From NCBI GenBank assembly GCA_964489705.1, contig CAZAZQ010000001.1, positions 52,503 to 116,502 of the forward strand: a DNA stretch of 64,000 nucleotides, read 5' to 3'. This DNA comes from an uncultured Ignavibacteriales bacterium (GTDB taxonomy: Bacteria > Zixibacteria > MSB-5A5 > GN15 > FEB-12). Made by a program: the position numbers and the translations under genes. Position 1 is the first letter of the stretch; each line of letters opens with the position of its first letter. The notes under the pieces are model-generated. The model had not been told where the DNA came from. It searched no databases and was given only the letters and a program-made list of their open reading frames with translations. Below, piece after piece: positions 8,393 to 16,962 of this stretch.

Positions 8393-9549
8393 GCCACCTC
8401 CATAATATGCACCACCGACGACGCTCCGGAACCGCCCATATTCTGGGTCATTCCGAGGGTGGGAGAATTGGGAATCTGTCTGCCGTTTTCCGCTTGACCG
8501 GTCAACTGCTTGTAGACCTCAATCACCTGCGCAATGCCGGTGGCACCGACGGGATGTCCCTTGGACTTCAGACCGCCTGACGAATTCACCGGAAACGTGC
8601 CGTCCAGCGCCGTCTCACCGGCAAGAGTCGCCGGTCCCGCTTTGCCGGGTTCGTAGATGCCCAACGACTCCAACACTACCAGCTCAGCGATAGTGAAGCA
8701 ATCGTGGACTTCGGCAAATTGAATATCCTTGATGGTCTTCCCAGCCATTTTCAGGGCACGCTCCGCAGCCAACGTGGTCGCTCGGATAGTGGTGATATCG
8801 TCGCGTTGCGCCAGTTGAATGGTATCGGTCGCCGCTCCCGAGCCGAGGACTTTAATGTAGGGTTTGCCCAGTTTCTTGGCGATTTCCTCGGTGGTCACGA
8901 TAACCGCCGCCGCCCCGTCGGTAATGGGAGAACAATCGAGAATCCGGAGCGGATCGGCAATCATCACCGATGATTCCACCTGCTCGCGGGACACTTCAAA
9001 GGGATACTGCGCCACCGGATTTTTGGCACCGTTCTTATGGTTTTTCACCGACACCGCGGAAAGCATTTCGCGGGTGGTGCCGTACTTTGCCATATGGGCA
9101 TGAGCCATCATAGCATACAAACCGGGGAAGGTGGCACCGTGGAAAACTTCGTACTCTTGGTCTGCCGCCGTCGCCAGAGCGAAGGTAGCTTCATCCCCGG
9201 AGCAGTCGGTCATTTTTTCCACGCCGCCCGCCATGACGATGTCGGAGACTCCCGCCGCCACCTCGATGAACGCCTGACGAAACGCCAGCCCGCCCGAGGC
9301 GCACGCCGATTCGACCCGCGCCGCCGGCAAACCGCGCATTCCCATATAATCCGCCAACAAGGCTCCCAAGTGCTCTTGCCCGACGAACAAGCCGCCCGAC
9401 ATGCACCCGACATATAATGAATCGATATGGTCAACCCCAGAATTGTGAATCGCTTCCATCGCCGCATCGACAAAAAGCTGCCGCAGCGACTTCCGCCAGA
9501 CCTCACCCCATTGACTCATGCCGACACCAACAACACATACATCTCTCAT
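8389..9549 (-). CDS. Thiolase (acetyl-CoA acetyltransferase, archaeal/SCP-x-like type)
   Basis: [16 protein letters not shown]..., active-site region [10 protein letters not shown]-terminal [14 protein letters not shown]. Confidence 0.9.
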   Translation of the reverse strand: MRDVCVVGVGMSQWGEVWRKSLRQLFVDAAMEAIHNSGVDHIDSLYVGCMSGGLFVGQEHLGALLADYMGMRGLPAARVESACASGGLAFRQAFIEVAAGVSDIVMAGGVEKMTDCSGDEATFALATAADQEYEVFHGATFPGLYAMMAHAHMAKYGTTREMLSAVSVKNHKNGAKNPVAQYPFEVSREQVESSVMIADPLRILDCSPITDGAAAVIVTTEEIAKKLGKPYIKVLGSGAATDTIQLAQRDDITTIRATTLAAERALKMAGKTIKDIQFAEVHDCFTIAELVVLESLGIYEPGKAGPATLAGETALDGTFPVNSSGGLKSKGHPVGATGIAQVIEVYKQLTGQAENGRQIPNSPTLGMTQNMGGSGASSVVHIMEVA

Positions 9550-9562
9550 TGCAATCGTCCTC

Positions 9563-10612
9563 CTACTTGTTCATGTGGATTTTGTGCCGGAACTTGGCAT
9601 AGGTCCCGTAATCGAGATAGATGAGGTTCTCATCGAGAAGCTTCCGGGTATGGACCGCTTTGTCTCGCACTTCCTCAATCCGGTCGGTAACTTTCCAAAT
9701 AAAGGCATCGGAACCGGCACCCGAACCGAAGGAACACATCAGAATCAAGTCGCCCGGCTTCGCCACGTCGAGCGTCGCAGTCAAACCGATGGGGGAAGCG
9801 CCGGAGTAGGTGTTTCCCAATGTCGGCGAGAGCCACCCGGGGTTGATTTGTTCTTGAGTAAAGCCCAGTTGGAAAGCGACCCGCTGAGGGAATTTCCCGT
9901 TCGGCTGGTGAAAGACGGCATAGGTGAAATCTTTCGGCGTCAAACCGGATTTTTTCAAGATGGCGTTGGTCGCTCCCTTGGTATGAGCGAAATAAGCTTC
10001 CTCGCCGGTGAAGCGACCCGTGTGTTGCGGGTAAAATTCATGCTCCCGGCGCCAGAAGTCGGGGGTATCGGTCATGTACGAATGCGTATACAAACACTCG
10101 GCGATGAGCTGTTCCGTTCCCATGATGAACGCAGCCGCACCGGCGGCGGCGGAAAACTCCAGCGCATCCGACGGCGCCCCCTGAGAGGTATCGGCGGCTA
10201 TGGCGAGAGCATATTTCATCTCCCCCGCTTTCACATGGCTCATCGCCACGTACATTCCTTCCGAACCGGCTTTGCAAGCGAATTCCAAATCGGCACAGTG
10301 GATATCCGGAGTCGCCCCGATAGCTTCGGCAACGGTCGTGCCCGACGGCTTCACCGCGTACGGATGCGACTCGGAACCGATGTAGATGGCGCCGATTTCT
10401 TTCGGGTCGACATGCTCGGCTCGTTTGAAAGCGTTTTTGGTCGCCTCAACCGATAAGGTAATGGTATCCATATCGGGGGGAGGAACCGACTTTTCGCGCA
10501 GCATTAATCCTTTTTTGTAGCTGGGCGCATCCGCTCCCCACACCTTGGCGATTTCTTCGACCTTGATGCGGTGGCGAGGGAGGTGCGCTCCGTAACCAAC
10601 AATTCCTACCAT
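9563..10612 (-). CDS. Hydroxymethylglutaryl-CoA synthase, short archaeal-type
   Basis: [26 protein letters not shown]..., [29 protein letters not shown]. About 349 aa from the ATG at 10612; the tracked ORF extension to 10741 looks spurious. Confidence 0.85.
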   Translation of the reverse strand: MVGIVGYGAHLPRHRIKVEEIAKVWGADAPSYKKGLMLREKSVPPPDMDTITLSVEATKNAFKRAEHVDPKEIGAIYIGSESHPYAVKPSGTTVAEAIGATPDIHCADLEFACKAGSEGMYVAMSHVKAGEMKYALAIAADTSQGAPSDALEFSAAAGAAAFIMGTEQLIAECLYTHSYMTDTPDFWRREHEFYPQHTGRFTGEEAYFAHTKGATNAILKKSGLTPKDFTYAVFHQPNGKFPQRVAFQLGFTQEQINPGWLSPTLGNTYSGASPIGLTATLDVAKPGDLILMCSFGSGAGSDAFIWKVTDRIEEVRDKAVHTRKLLDENLIYLDYGTYAKFRHKIHMNK

Positions 10613-10778
10613 AGTAAACCTCTTGTATTTCAGTTCATTCGGCACGTTATCTTCAATTCGTATTAATTGGATATAATACAGCCATCGCCGGACAAACACA
10701 AGCCATATCGTCGTCAGTCGAAAAATTATCCCCCACTTCAAGCGAATCTCGAGAGTACGCTATCAAGGGACAAGAAAA

Positions 10779-10818
10779 ACACAAAAAATCCGGCAGGTTC
10801 TTCGCAAGAACCTGCCGG
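10779..10818 (-). terminator. Rho-independent terminator at the end of the cytochrome operon
   Basis: On the minus strand: CCGGCAGGTTCTTGCGAAGAACCTGCCGG followed by ATTTTTTGTGTTTTT, 30 nt after the stop at 10849. Confidence 0.7.
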
Positions 10819-10848
10819 AGACTTGTTTCACAAAAGCTGGATTTTTCG

Positions 10849-13398
10849 TCAGGGAGTCGGGGGAACGTAGGGAGGGGTTTCATCCTCCTTAATCACTCCC
10901 TTCTCGACCAACGAGCGGTACCAGTTGGGATGGTGGTGCTCCGCCCACTCTTTGGTCACGTAGCCGTCTACCAACACCCGCCAGGTTCCCGGGTTAGCGA
11001 TGGTTCCCAAGTAGGCATGAGAGAGCACTCCGGCAATAAGGATAAAGCCGACCAAGTTGTGAATCGTCGATGTGACGCAAATCCAGGAAAGCGGGAAGGA
11101 CGACTTGAAAATCAACATCACGCCCGTTATCCCAATGATAATGCCGAAAAACGACGTATACCAGTAGAACAACTTCTGCCCGGCGTTGAAGCGACCGGCA
11201 GGGACTTCTCCTTTATAGCCAAGGTATCCGCCCAACCGTCGAACCCAATCAATGTCGTAGGAAGCAAACAAGGCATCCTTGAACCACAAGCCAATCCCCA
11301 AAATCGTCGTGATAATAAAGACAATCCCAGCAACAATATGGAACGTCAGCATTTGTTCCGCCGAGCGGAAAAGCAGGTCTTGCCAATTCGCCCAGTTAAA
11401 CGCCATAATCAGCCCTGATACCGATAGAATAATAAATGCCAGTAGCCGGAAAAGGTGTACCGACCGCTCGGTTGCGGAAAACCGCTTGACTTCGCCGGAA
11501 TACGGGACAAACGGAATCCGCTTGGGCCCGTAGCCATGGTAGTGTACCGTAATCAAGAAAATAACAAGGATGATAGAAACACTGACCAGCGGACTGAGAA
11601 TCTCTTGGTGAAACGAATTAATGGCAAAAGCAATGGGATTGCATCCTAACGCCCGCCCGATATGTCTCGTAACTGGCTTGCCGTCTTCTCCGTACAGATC
11701 GTAGACCCTGTCCCCTTTGAAGAAATGGGCATCCTTGGCGTGGCAATCCTGACAGCCGTTTGCCCCTAACGCCTCACGGGCGGGAGCGACATTGTGACTA
11801 ATAGAGTAGTTTACACACTCCGGTGTCCCATAGTCAAGCTCAGCTAAGTTTCCTTGCTCATCAAGGTGGTATACCTTCCCTCCCTTTACCAGAACCGGAT
11901 GAATTTGAGTAAAACGCTTGTTATCCTTCAAAGATTCCGCATACGCGTGCAACCCCGCGATAATTTCTTCTTTGCGGTTGACTTCAGGGATACCGTCATC
12001 ATTATCATCGGTGACTTTGTCAGAGAATAACTCCCACCCTTTTCCCTGTTCCTTCAACCACAGAGGGTAGACAATGCTGTCGACCAGATTTCCCCACCAA
12101 ATCACCACCATGCTGTTAAACGGATATATCTTATTTCCCACCCAACGCTCATATGCCGGTTTCCACTCGGCCTTTTCGCCAAAAGACGTGGCTTCGGGAG
12201 GATTAAAGTAAAATACTTGCTCGCCGGTTGTGGATTCAATCCCTTGGATAGTAGAGCGATGGAGCTTGGGAATGTGACATGACTCACAAGCAATGACTTT
12301 CAAATGAGAGGGTCTTATCTTGGAGTGACGAGGCACAGTCGCTCCCAAATATCCTTCCATATGACATTCTTCACACGTCTTTATCGTACCGTCAAGGCTG
12401 TCAGCAACCCGAGAAGAACTGGCGTTTCCTTTTGCAAACTGGTGGTCAGGTCCACTGGGGTGACAGGCGGCACAACTGATGTCTTGCCCGTTATGGACAT
12501 CGGGATTAAAAATATCATTCCACGAAAAACCGCGCTTCCGAGAATCGGTTTGCCCGTGGCAGAAAATGCAGTTATCGTCCGGTGGCGGCCAAGACATCTT
12601 TAAGGAAAGAGAACCGTCTTCGTTGAAAAACCGCCTGTTGTAAGTAACCGAAGGCTCATCGCCGTTTGCCACCGAGCCTTCGATAAGTCCCAACCGTGAA
12701 CCGGCAACTACCGCCCACTGGTAATTCCCCATTGTCAGTTGCTCAACCCGGGCATCATAATCGTACCCCTCCATATGGCAGATAAAACAATCCGCCTCAA
12801 CCACTCCGCTCTTATCCCAGTTGCTCTGATAGTAGTCGCCGTCCAGGGTGTTACGGAGCTCGGGGTTCTCGCTTAGATATTCATCATACCGATTCCCCTC
12901 TCTGTCATATTCCAAACCACCCCCACCGGGATGACATGCGCCACAGGGAGGAAGAGAGCTCTGCTGCGAAAAGCCGACAAAGTCATATACCGACAGATCA
13001 ATCTCTTCCTCAAAGTCATTATGTTTTTTGGCTAATTGCCGGTCATACATCGGGCACCACTTCCCCATCATGCCGTCGGATATTTGCCACGGTTTCCCCT
13101 CAGGAACGCCGAAAGTGTCGCTGACCACATCCCAGCCCATTTGGAAGTGGAAGCCGGAGGTAATCTCCTCGTAGTCATGACACATGCCGCAGGTCTGTTC
13201 AGTACTGAACGGCTGGTGGGCATTATCGCCGGTCATGGGGTTGATTTCGTCCCCGTTTTTATCCAAGAGGAAAATAGCCGGGTGCTGGCTCATTCCCGAC
13301 GCGGCAAACGAAAACACTAACGCCAGGACCATAACGCCAAGCAAGGGGATTTTCCTCCCGAAGAAAAAGCGTAAAGCGTGAAGAGAACTAATCACCAT
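10849..13398 (-). CDS. Fusion of an octahaem c-type cytochrome to a C-terminal membrane cytochrome-b-like domain (CbcL-like architecture)
   Basis: N-terminal TM/signal. 8 CxxCH (CGMCH, CGACH, CFICH, CIFCH, CAACH, CEECH, CESCH, CQDCH). The last ~250 aa have 4-5 hydrophobic helices with conserved His (FdnI/PhsC-like). Confidence 0.8.
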   Translation of the reverse strand: MVISSLHALRFFFGRKIPLLGVMVLALVFSFAASGMSQHPAIFLLDKNGDEINPMTGDNAHQPFSTEQTCGMCHDYEEITSGFHFQMGWDVVSDTFGVPEGKPWQISDGMMGKWCPMYDRQLAKKHNDFEEEIDLSVYDFVGFSQQSSLPPCGACHPGGGGLEYDREGNRYDEYLSENPELRNTLDGDYYQSNWDKSGVVEADCFICHMEGYDYDARVEQLTMGNYQWAVVAGSRLGLIEGSVANGDEPSVTYNRRFFNEDGSLSLKMSWPPPDDNCIFCHGQTDSRKRGFSWNDIFNPDVHNGQDISCAACHPSGPDHQFAKGNASSSRVADSLDGTIKTCEECHMEGYLGATVPRHSKIRPSHLKVIACESCHIPKLHRSTIQGIESTTGEQVFYFNPPEATSFGEKAEWKPAYERWVGNKIYPFNSMVVIWWGNLVDSIVYPLWLKEQGKGWELFSDKVTDDNDDGIPEVNRKEEIIAGLHAYAESLKDNKRFTQIHPVLVKGGKVYHLDEQGNLAELDYGTPECVNYSISHNVAPAREALGANGCQDCHAKDAHFFKGDRVYDLYGEDGKPVTRHIGRALGCNPIAFAINSFHQEILSPLVSVSIILVIFLITVHYHGYGPKRIPFVPYSGEVKRFSATERSVHLFRLLAFIILSVSGLIMAFNWANWQDLLFRSAEQMLTFHIVAGIVFIITTILGIGLWFKDALFASYDIDWVRRLGGYLGYKGEVPAGRFNAGQKLFYWYTSFFGIIIGITGVMLIFKSSFPLSWICVTSTIHNLVGFILIAGVLSHAYLGTIANPGTWRVLVDGYVTKEWAEHHHPNWYRSLVEKGVIKEDETPPYVPPTP

Positions 13399-13419
13399 AC
13401 AACTCCTTACATCAATACG

Positions 13420-16395
13420 TCATCGATAACCGAAAATCTCCGCATATATAATTAAAATAATGAGTGCCAAGCCTATCAGTAAAGCAATTGTCCCAAAAAC
13501 CCGAATGCCGTTGACTACAATCGGCGGTAACGGTTCGACCAAGTGTTTCTTGATTTCCCGCGATTTTACAAGCTGGGAGTATTCCCGGGGTCGGTCATGC
13601 TCCAACTCTTTAAGAGGAACGCGGCCGGTAAAGATAACCGTATCCATAGGGAATTTTTCCGGGCGGAAATGAGTATTGAAAAAGTGAACGGTAAAGATAA
13701 AACCGGTCGCCAATAGCGCTTCATCCGAGTGGATGATACTTGCAACGTTGATAATCCACCCCGGCAAAAAGCGGGTAAAGAACTCAGGGAACCACAACAT
13801 CAAGCCGGTCGCTCCGATAACGGCAACTCCCCAGAACACGGCGAAGTAGTCGAATTTCTCCCAGTATGTCCATCTGCCGTACGCCGGACGGGGACCTAAG
13901 CCCAAGAACCACTTAATCGTTGCTTTCAGGTCTTGCCAGTCGTTTTTGTTTGGGAGCATTGAGTTCTCGCTGAAGAGTATTTGTCTCCAGCTCTTTTTGC
14001 TCCGTCGCTTGTTATAAATCAACTCGCCTATGTGAGCAAAGAAATATCCGAAAGTCAAAATCGCACAAATACGATGAATGTATGCTGCTGACTCAAAGCC
14101 GCCCAACATACCAGACAACCATTTCGCCCAGCCCAAGTAAGAGAACTTCAGCGTCATGCCGGTCATCGCCAAGCCGAGAAAACTTACTACCATCGTGACA
14201 TGTAACACCGAATGGAACGGCTTGAACCGACGGTACTCCAAGCGTTCCATGCCGACCTGACGAAGTTCTTTATGCTTTTTCATCATCTGCCACGAACGAG
14301 GCAACCAGAGTAAGGTATGTGTCCCGGCTAATACAAACGTCACCACCAGCAGAATGGTCATAAACCAAAAGGTGTAGTAAAGAATCGGATACTTGGTACG
14401 ATCGTGGTGGGTGGCATGAGTCAAATAGCCGGCAAACTGACGATGCGAACCGGGGTGACATTGCCCACAGGTCTCAACGATATTTTGATGGGAGAGACGA
14501 GAGTTCGGATCATCCGGCGGGAGGATATCATGAGCGCCATGACAATTGTAGCACTTTGCCGCTTTGGCGTAGCCGAGTTTGGAGCTCTTGCCGTGAACCG
14601 TCTCGAAATACGACTCGGTCACATCTTCGTGGCAGCCGCCGCATTTCTCGAGAATCTCCTGACGGAAACGGTCGGTATCGACCCGCTCGATAGTATGGGA
14701 CTGGTGACAATTGGCACAGGTGGGCAGCGGCTTGTCCGTCTTTGCAACGGTGGGAGAGTGAATGCTTTTGGCAAATTTTTCGTAAATCCCTTTGTGACAC
14801 TGGGCACATGTTTTCGAAATATTGTGGGGGGCAACACTCGACGCTGAATCGCTCTTCGGCAGTTCATGGTGAGCGGTGTGACAATCGGTACACATAGCGG
14901 TCACCACCAAGCCGCTTTCCAGAAGCCCTTTCCCGTGGATACTGGAAGTATAATAATCCGTAACGCACACTTCCCCTTTCCTCGCCCGGCGTTTTCCCAC
15001 GGTCCCCGATGCAGTGTGACACTGACTGCACAGCGCCGGGACGTTGGTCGGGAACGTAGGGGATGATTGGTCTTTGTGTCCCTTCATGCCGTGTTTGCCG
15101 TGACAATCAATACAATCGGGGGCTTCGGGATCGCCGCGGTCGACCAGTTTGCCGTGGGTGCTGGTCATGAAAGTTGCCACCACCTCACTATGGCAAATGG
15201 AACAGTCTACTTTCGGGATAACCGTTGTACAGGGACGCTTCAGCCCCGGCGTGGCACCGGTATGACATTGGGCACAGGTAACGCTTCGATGGATAGAATT
15301 ATGAAACTCCACCGTATCGACGGAGAGCGAAACGGTATCGCCGTCAACCACTTTGAAGATATCCGGCTTGGCGTGACACTTCAGACACTCTTGATTCGAG
15401 ATGCCTTCCTTGTAGTATACCCGGCGGATTTGATGCGGAGAGTGACAATCGACACAAACCGGAACTTTGTGCGGTTCTTTTTCCCACAACTCTCCCCGAA
15501 TGACTTTTTTATGAACTTTTTCAATCTGCCCGTGACACTTTTGACAGGTGCGCGCGACATTGTCTCGATGAATACTTGACTGAGGGTCATTGTGGTTGCG
15601 GACATCATGAGCGGTATGACAATCGCTGCAAACCGCACTGACCATCAAACCTTTCTTAAACAGCCCTTCTCCATGGATCGACTGAGAGTAGTGAGAGAGG
15701 ATTGAATCTTCCGGGATGTCGTACTCTTCGGTAATCGGCGACCCCTCTTTATGGCAGCGTCCGCACATAAAGGGAATATTGAACTTTGCCACCCGCGCTT
15801 CAGGGGAGTGAGCACTGACAATATCGTGTGAGCCATGGCAATCCCAGCAACGCGGCGCCAATTTCGCGCCGGCGTGGACGGCTTTGCCGTGTAACGACTG
15901 GTCGTATTCCTTCGCGATTTTTTGGTGACAGCGAGAGCAATTGACCCCTCTCTCCCCGACATCTGAGCGGGAAGGCGACATAACGGTATGGTGCCCATGA
16001 CAATCCCAACACTGGGCGGCAGGTTGAGTGCTTGGCGGTACAATTTCTCCGTGAATACTGTGGGCATACTCCTCGGTGACGTCATCGTGACAAGTGCTGC
16101 AATCAACCGGTTCCACGTCCTCGTCGTGAGGATAATCTTCCGTCCCCGCCAAATCGGCATGGCATTCCACGCAGTCCATTCCGGCATGGACGGAAGAATC
16201 AAACGCCGCCGCCGAAACGTAAACAGAGAATTCCTCACCCAGACTATTGACGCCGGTTAGTTCTTCATCTTCATGGCAGGAGAGACAGGTTTCGTTATCA
16301 TCCTGAGCCGTCGCGGAACCTAAGGAAAAAACCAAGAAAAAGAAAACAGATGCGCTAAGGCATCTGAATCTTTTTACCATCCCAAGCCTTCGCAT
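13420..16395 (-). CDS. Fusion of a 21-haem c-type cytochrome to a C-terminal membrane cytochrome-b-like domain
   Basis: Signal peptide, 21 CxxCH motifs counted by eye, then about 330 aa with multiple TM helices (YTFWFMTILLVVTFVLAG..., HVTMVVSFLGLAMTGM..., IHRICAILTFGYFFAHI...). Confidence 0.8.
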   Translation of the reverse strand: MRRLGMVKRFRCLSASVFFFLVFSLGSATAQDDNETCLSCHEDEELTGVNSLGEEFSVYVSAAAFDSSVHAGMDCVECHADLAGTEDYPHDEDVEPVDCSTCHDDVTEEYAHSIHGEIVPPSTQPAAQCWDCHGHHTVMSPSRSDVGERGVNCSRCHQKIAKEYDQSLHGKAVHAGAKLAPRCWDCHGSHDIVSAHSPEARVAKFNIPFMCGRCHKEGSPITEEYDIPEDSILSHYSQSIHGEGLFKKGLMVSAVCSDCHTAHDVRNHNDPQSSIHRDNVARTCQKCHGQIEKVHKKVIRGELWEKEPHKVPVCVDCHSPHQIRRVYYKEGISNQECLKCHAKPDIFKVVDGDTVSLSVDTVEFHNSIHRSVTCAQCHTGATPGLKRPCTTVIPKVDCSICHSEVVATFMTSTHGKLVDRGDPEAPDCIDCHGKHGMKGHKDQSSPTFPTNVPALCSQCHTASGTVGKRRARKGEVCVTDYYTSSIHGKGLLESGLVVTAMCTDCHTAHHELPKSDSASSVAPHNISKTCAQCHKGIYEKFAKSIHSPTVAKTDKPLPTCANCHQSHTIERVDTDRFRQEILEKCGGCHEDVTESYFETVHGKSSKLGYAKAAKCYNCHGAHDILPPDDPNSRLSHQNIVETCGQCHPGSHRQFAGYLTHATHHDRTKYPILYYTFWFMTILLVVTFVLAGTHTLLWLPRSWQMMKKHKELRQVGMERLEYRRFKPFHSVLHVTMVVSFLGLAMTGMTLKFSYLGWAKWLSGMLGGFESAAYIHRICAILTFGYFFAHIGELIYNKRRSKKSWRQILFSENSMLPNKNDWQDLKATIKWFLGLGPRPAYGRWTYWEKFDYFAVFWGVAVIGATGLMLWFPEFFTRFLPGWIINVASIIHSDEALLATGFIFTVHFFNTHFRPEKFPMDTVIFTGRVPLKELEHDRPREYSQLVKSREIKKHLVEPLPPIVVNGIRVFGTIALLIGLALIILIIYAEIFGYR

Positions 16396-16440
16396 CTTCT
16401 CATCTGTCCCTATCGACCCAAATTCTCACGTTAATTTAGA

Positions 16441-16468
16441 GTCGTGCCGCTTTTCGGGGCGGCACGAC
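16441..16468 (-). other. Perfect 10-bp GC-rich stem-loop between the porin and 21-haem cytochrome genes
   Basis: GTCGTGCCGC-TTTTCGGG-GCGGCACGAC. No T-run on either strand, so it is probably an intercistronic RNA structure rather than a terminator. Confidence 0.5.
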
Positions 16469-16500
16469 TTCCCAAGGGAGGAGAATACCACAAGAGGAGG

Positions 16501-16938
16501 TCAAAAGTCAAATCTTATTCCTGAACGAATCAGAAAATATTTTCCCGATTCAATACCGTAAATGTAACCGGTATCGTCGGTCAAATCCGCGTAATCGACG
16601 TCCGCGGTTACGGTTACCCGTGGAGAGACTTTAAGTTCGGTTCCAAACGTCAGTTGCATGAGCTTGTAATCCAAATCGGAGTAGGTGTGCATTTCATTAA
16701 AAGTGAAATCCTGATGAGACAATGCTCCGTTGAGGCGAGAGGAAATGTCGGGCATGACGACCTCTTTTAACGAACCGGTCGACATATTGTAGTTTATCGT
16801 CGCGTGGAAACGAAGCTTACTCGTTGCCAGATAAGAACTTGTCAGGTAGACATTGTGAGCCTTGGACTCATAGTCCGCCATGGTGTACATGGAACCGTAG
16901 TGTTGATACAAAGTGTCCAAATCGCCATTGACACGCAC
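16501..16938 (-). CDS. C-terminal part of an MtrB/PioB-like outer-membrane beta-barrel (same frame as 16963..18675, separated by an in-frame TGA)
   Basis: Alternating beta-strand pattern. It ends ...IRSGIRFDF with a terminal Phe, the typical OMP C-terminal signature. Confidence 0.7.
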   Translation of the reverse strand: MRVNGDLDTLYQHYGSMYTMADYESKAHNVYLTSSYLATSKLRFHATINYNMSTGSLKEVVMPDISSRLNGALSHQDFTFNEMHTYSDLDYKLMQLTFGTELKVSPRVTVTADVDYADLTDDTGYIYGIESGKYFLIRSGIRFDF

Positions 16939-16962
16939 GGTGTCATAAAAGATATGGCCACC

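Noticed and set aside
9518-10456. Long ORFs antisense to well-supported genes. Examples: 9518..10456 (+), 3793..4689 (-), 28017..29063 (-), 31560..33281 (+), 34567..35604 (+), 36352..37479 (+), 43959..45353 (+), 54529..56493 (+), 56874..58355 (+), 61497..62441 (+), 53137..54015 (+).
   Set aside because: Each lies opposite a gene with clear family motifs (HMGCS, bEBP, GH57, T6SS genes, ClpV, PckA, aminotransferase/Pta, CcmF, the GlcD-like oxidase). Their translations are Arg/Gly/Pro-rich and low-complexity, typical of shadow ORFs in GC-balanced DNA.
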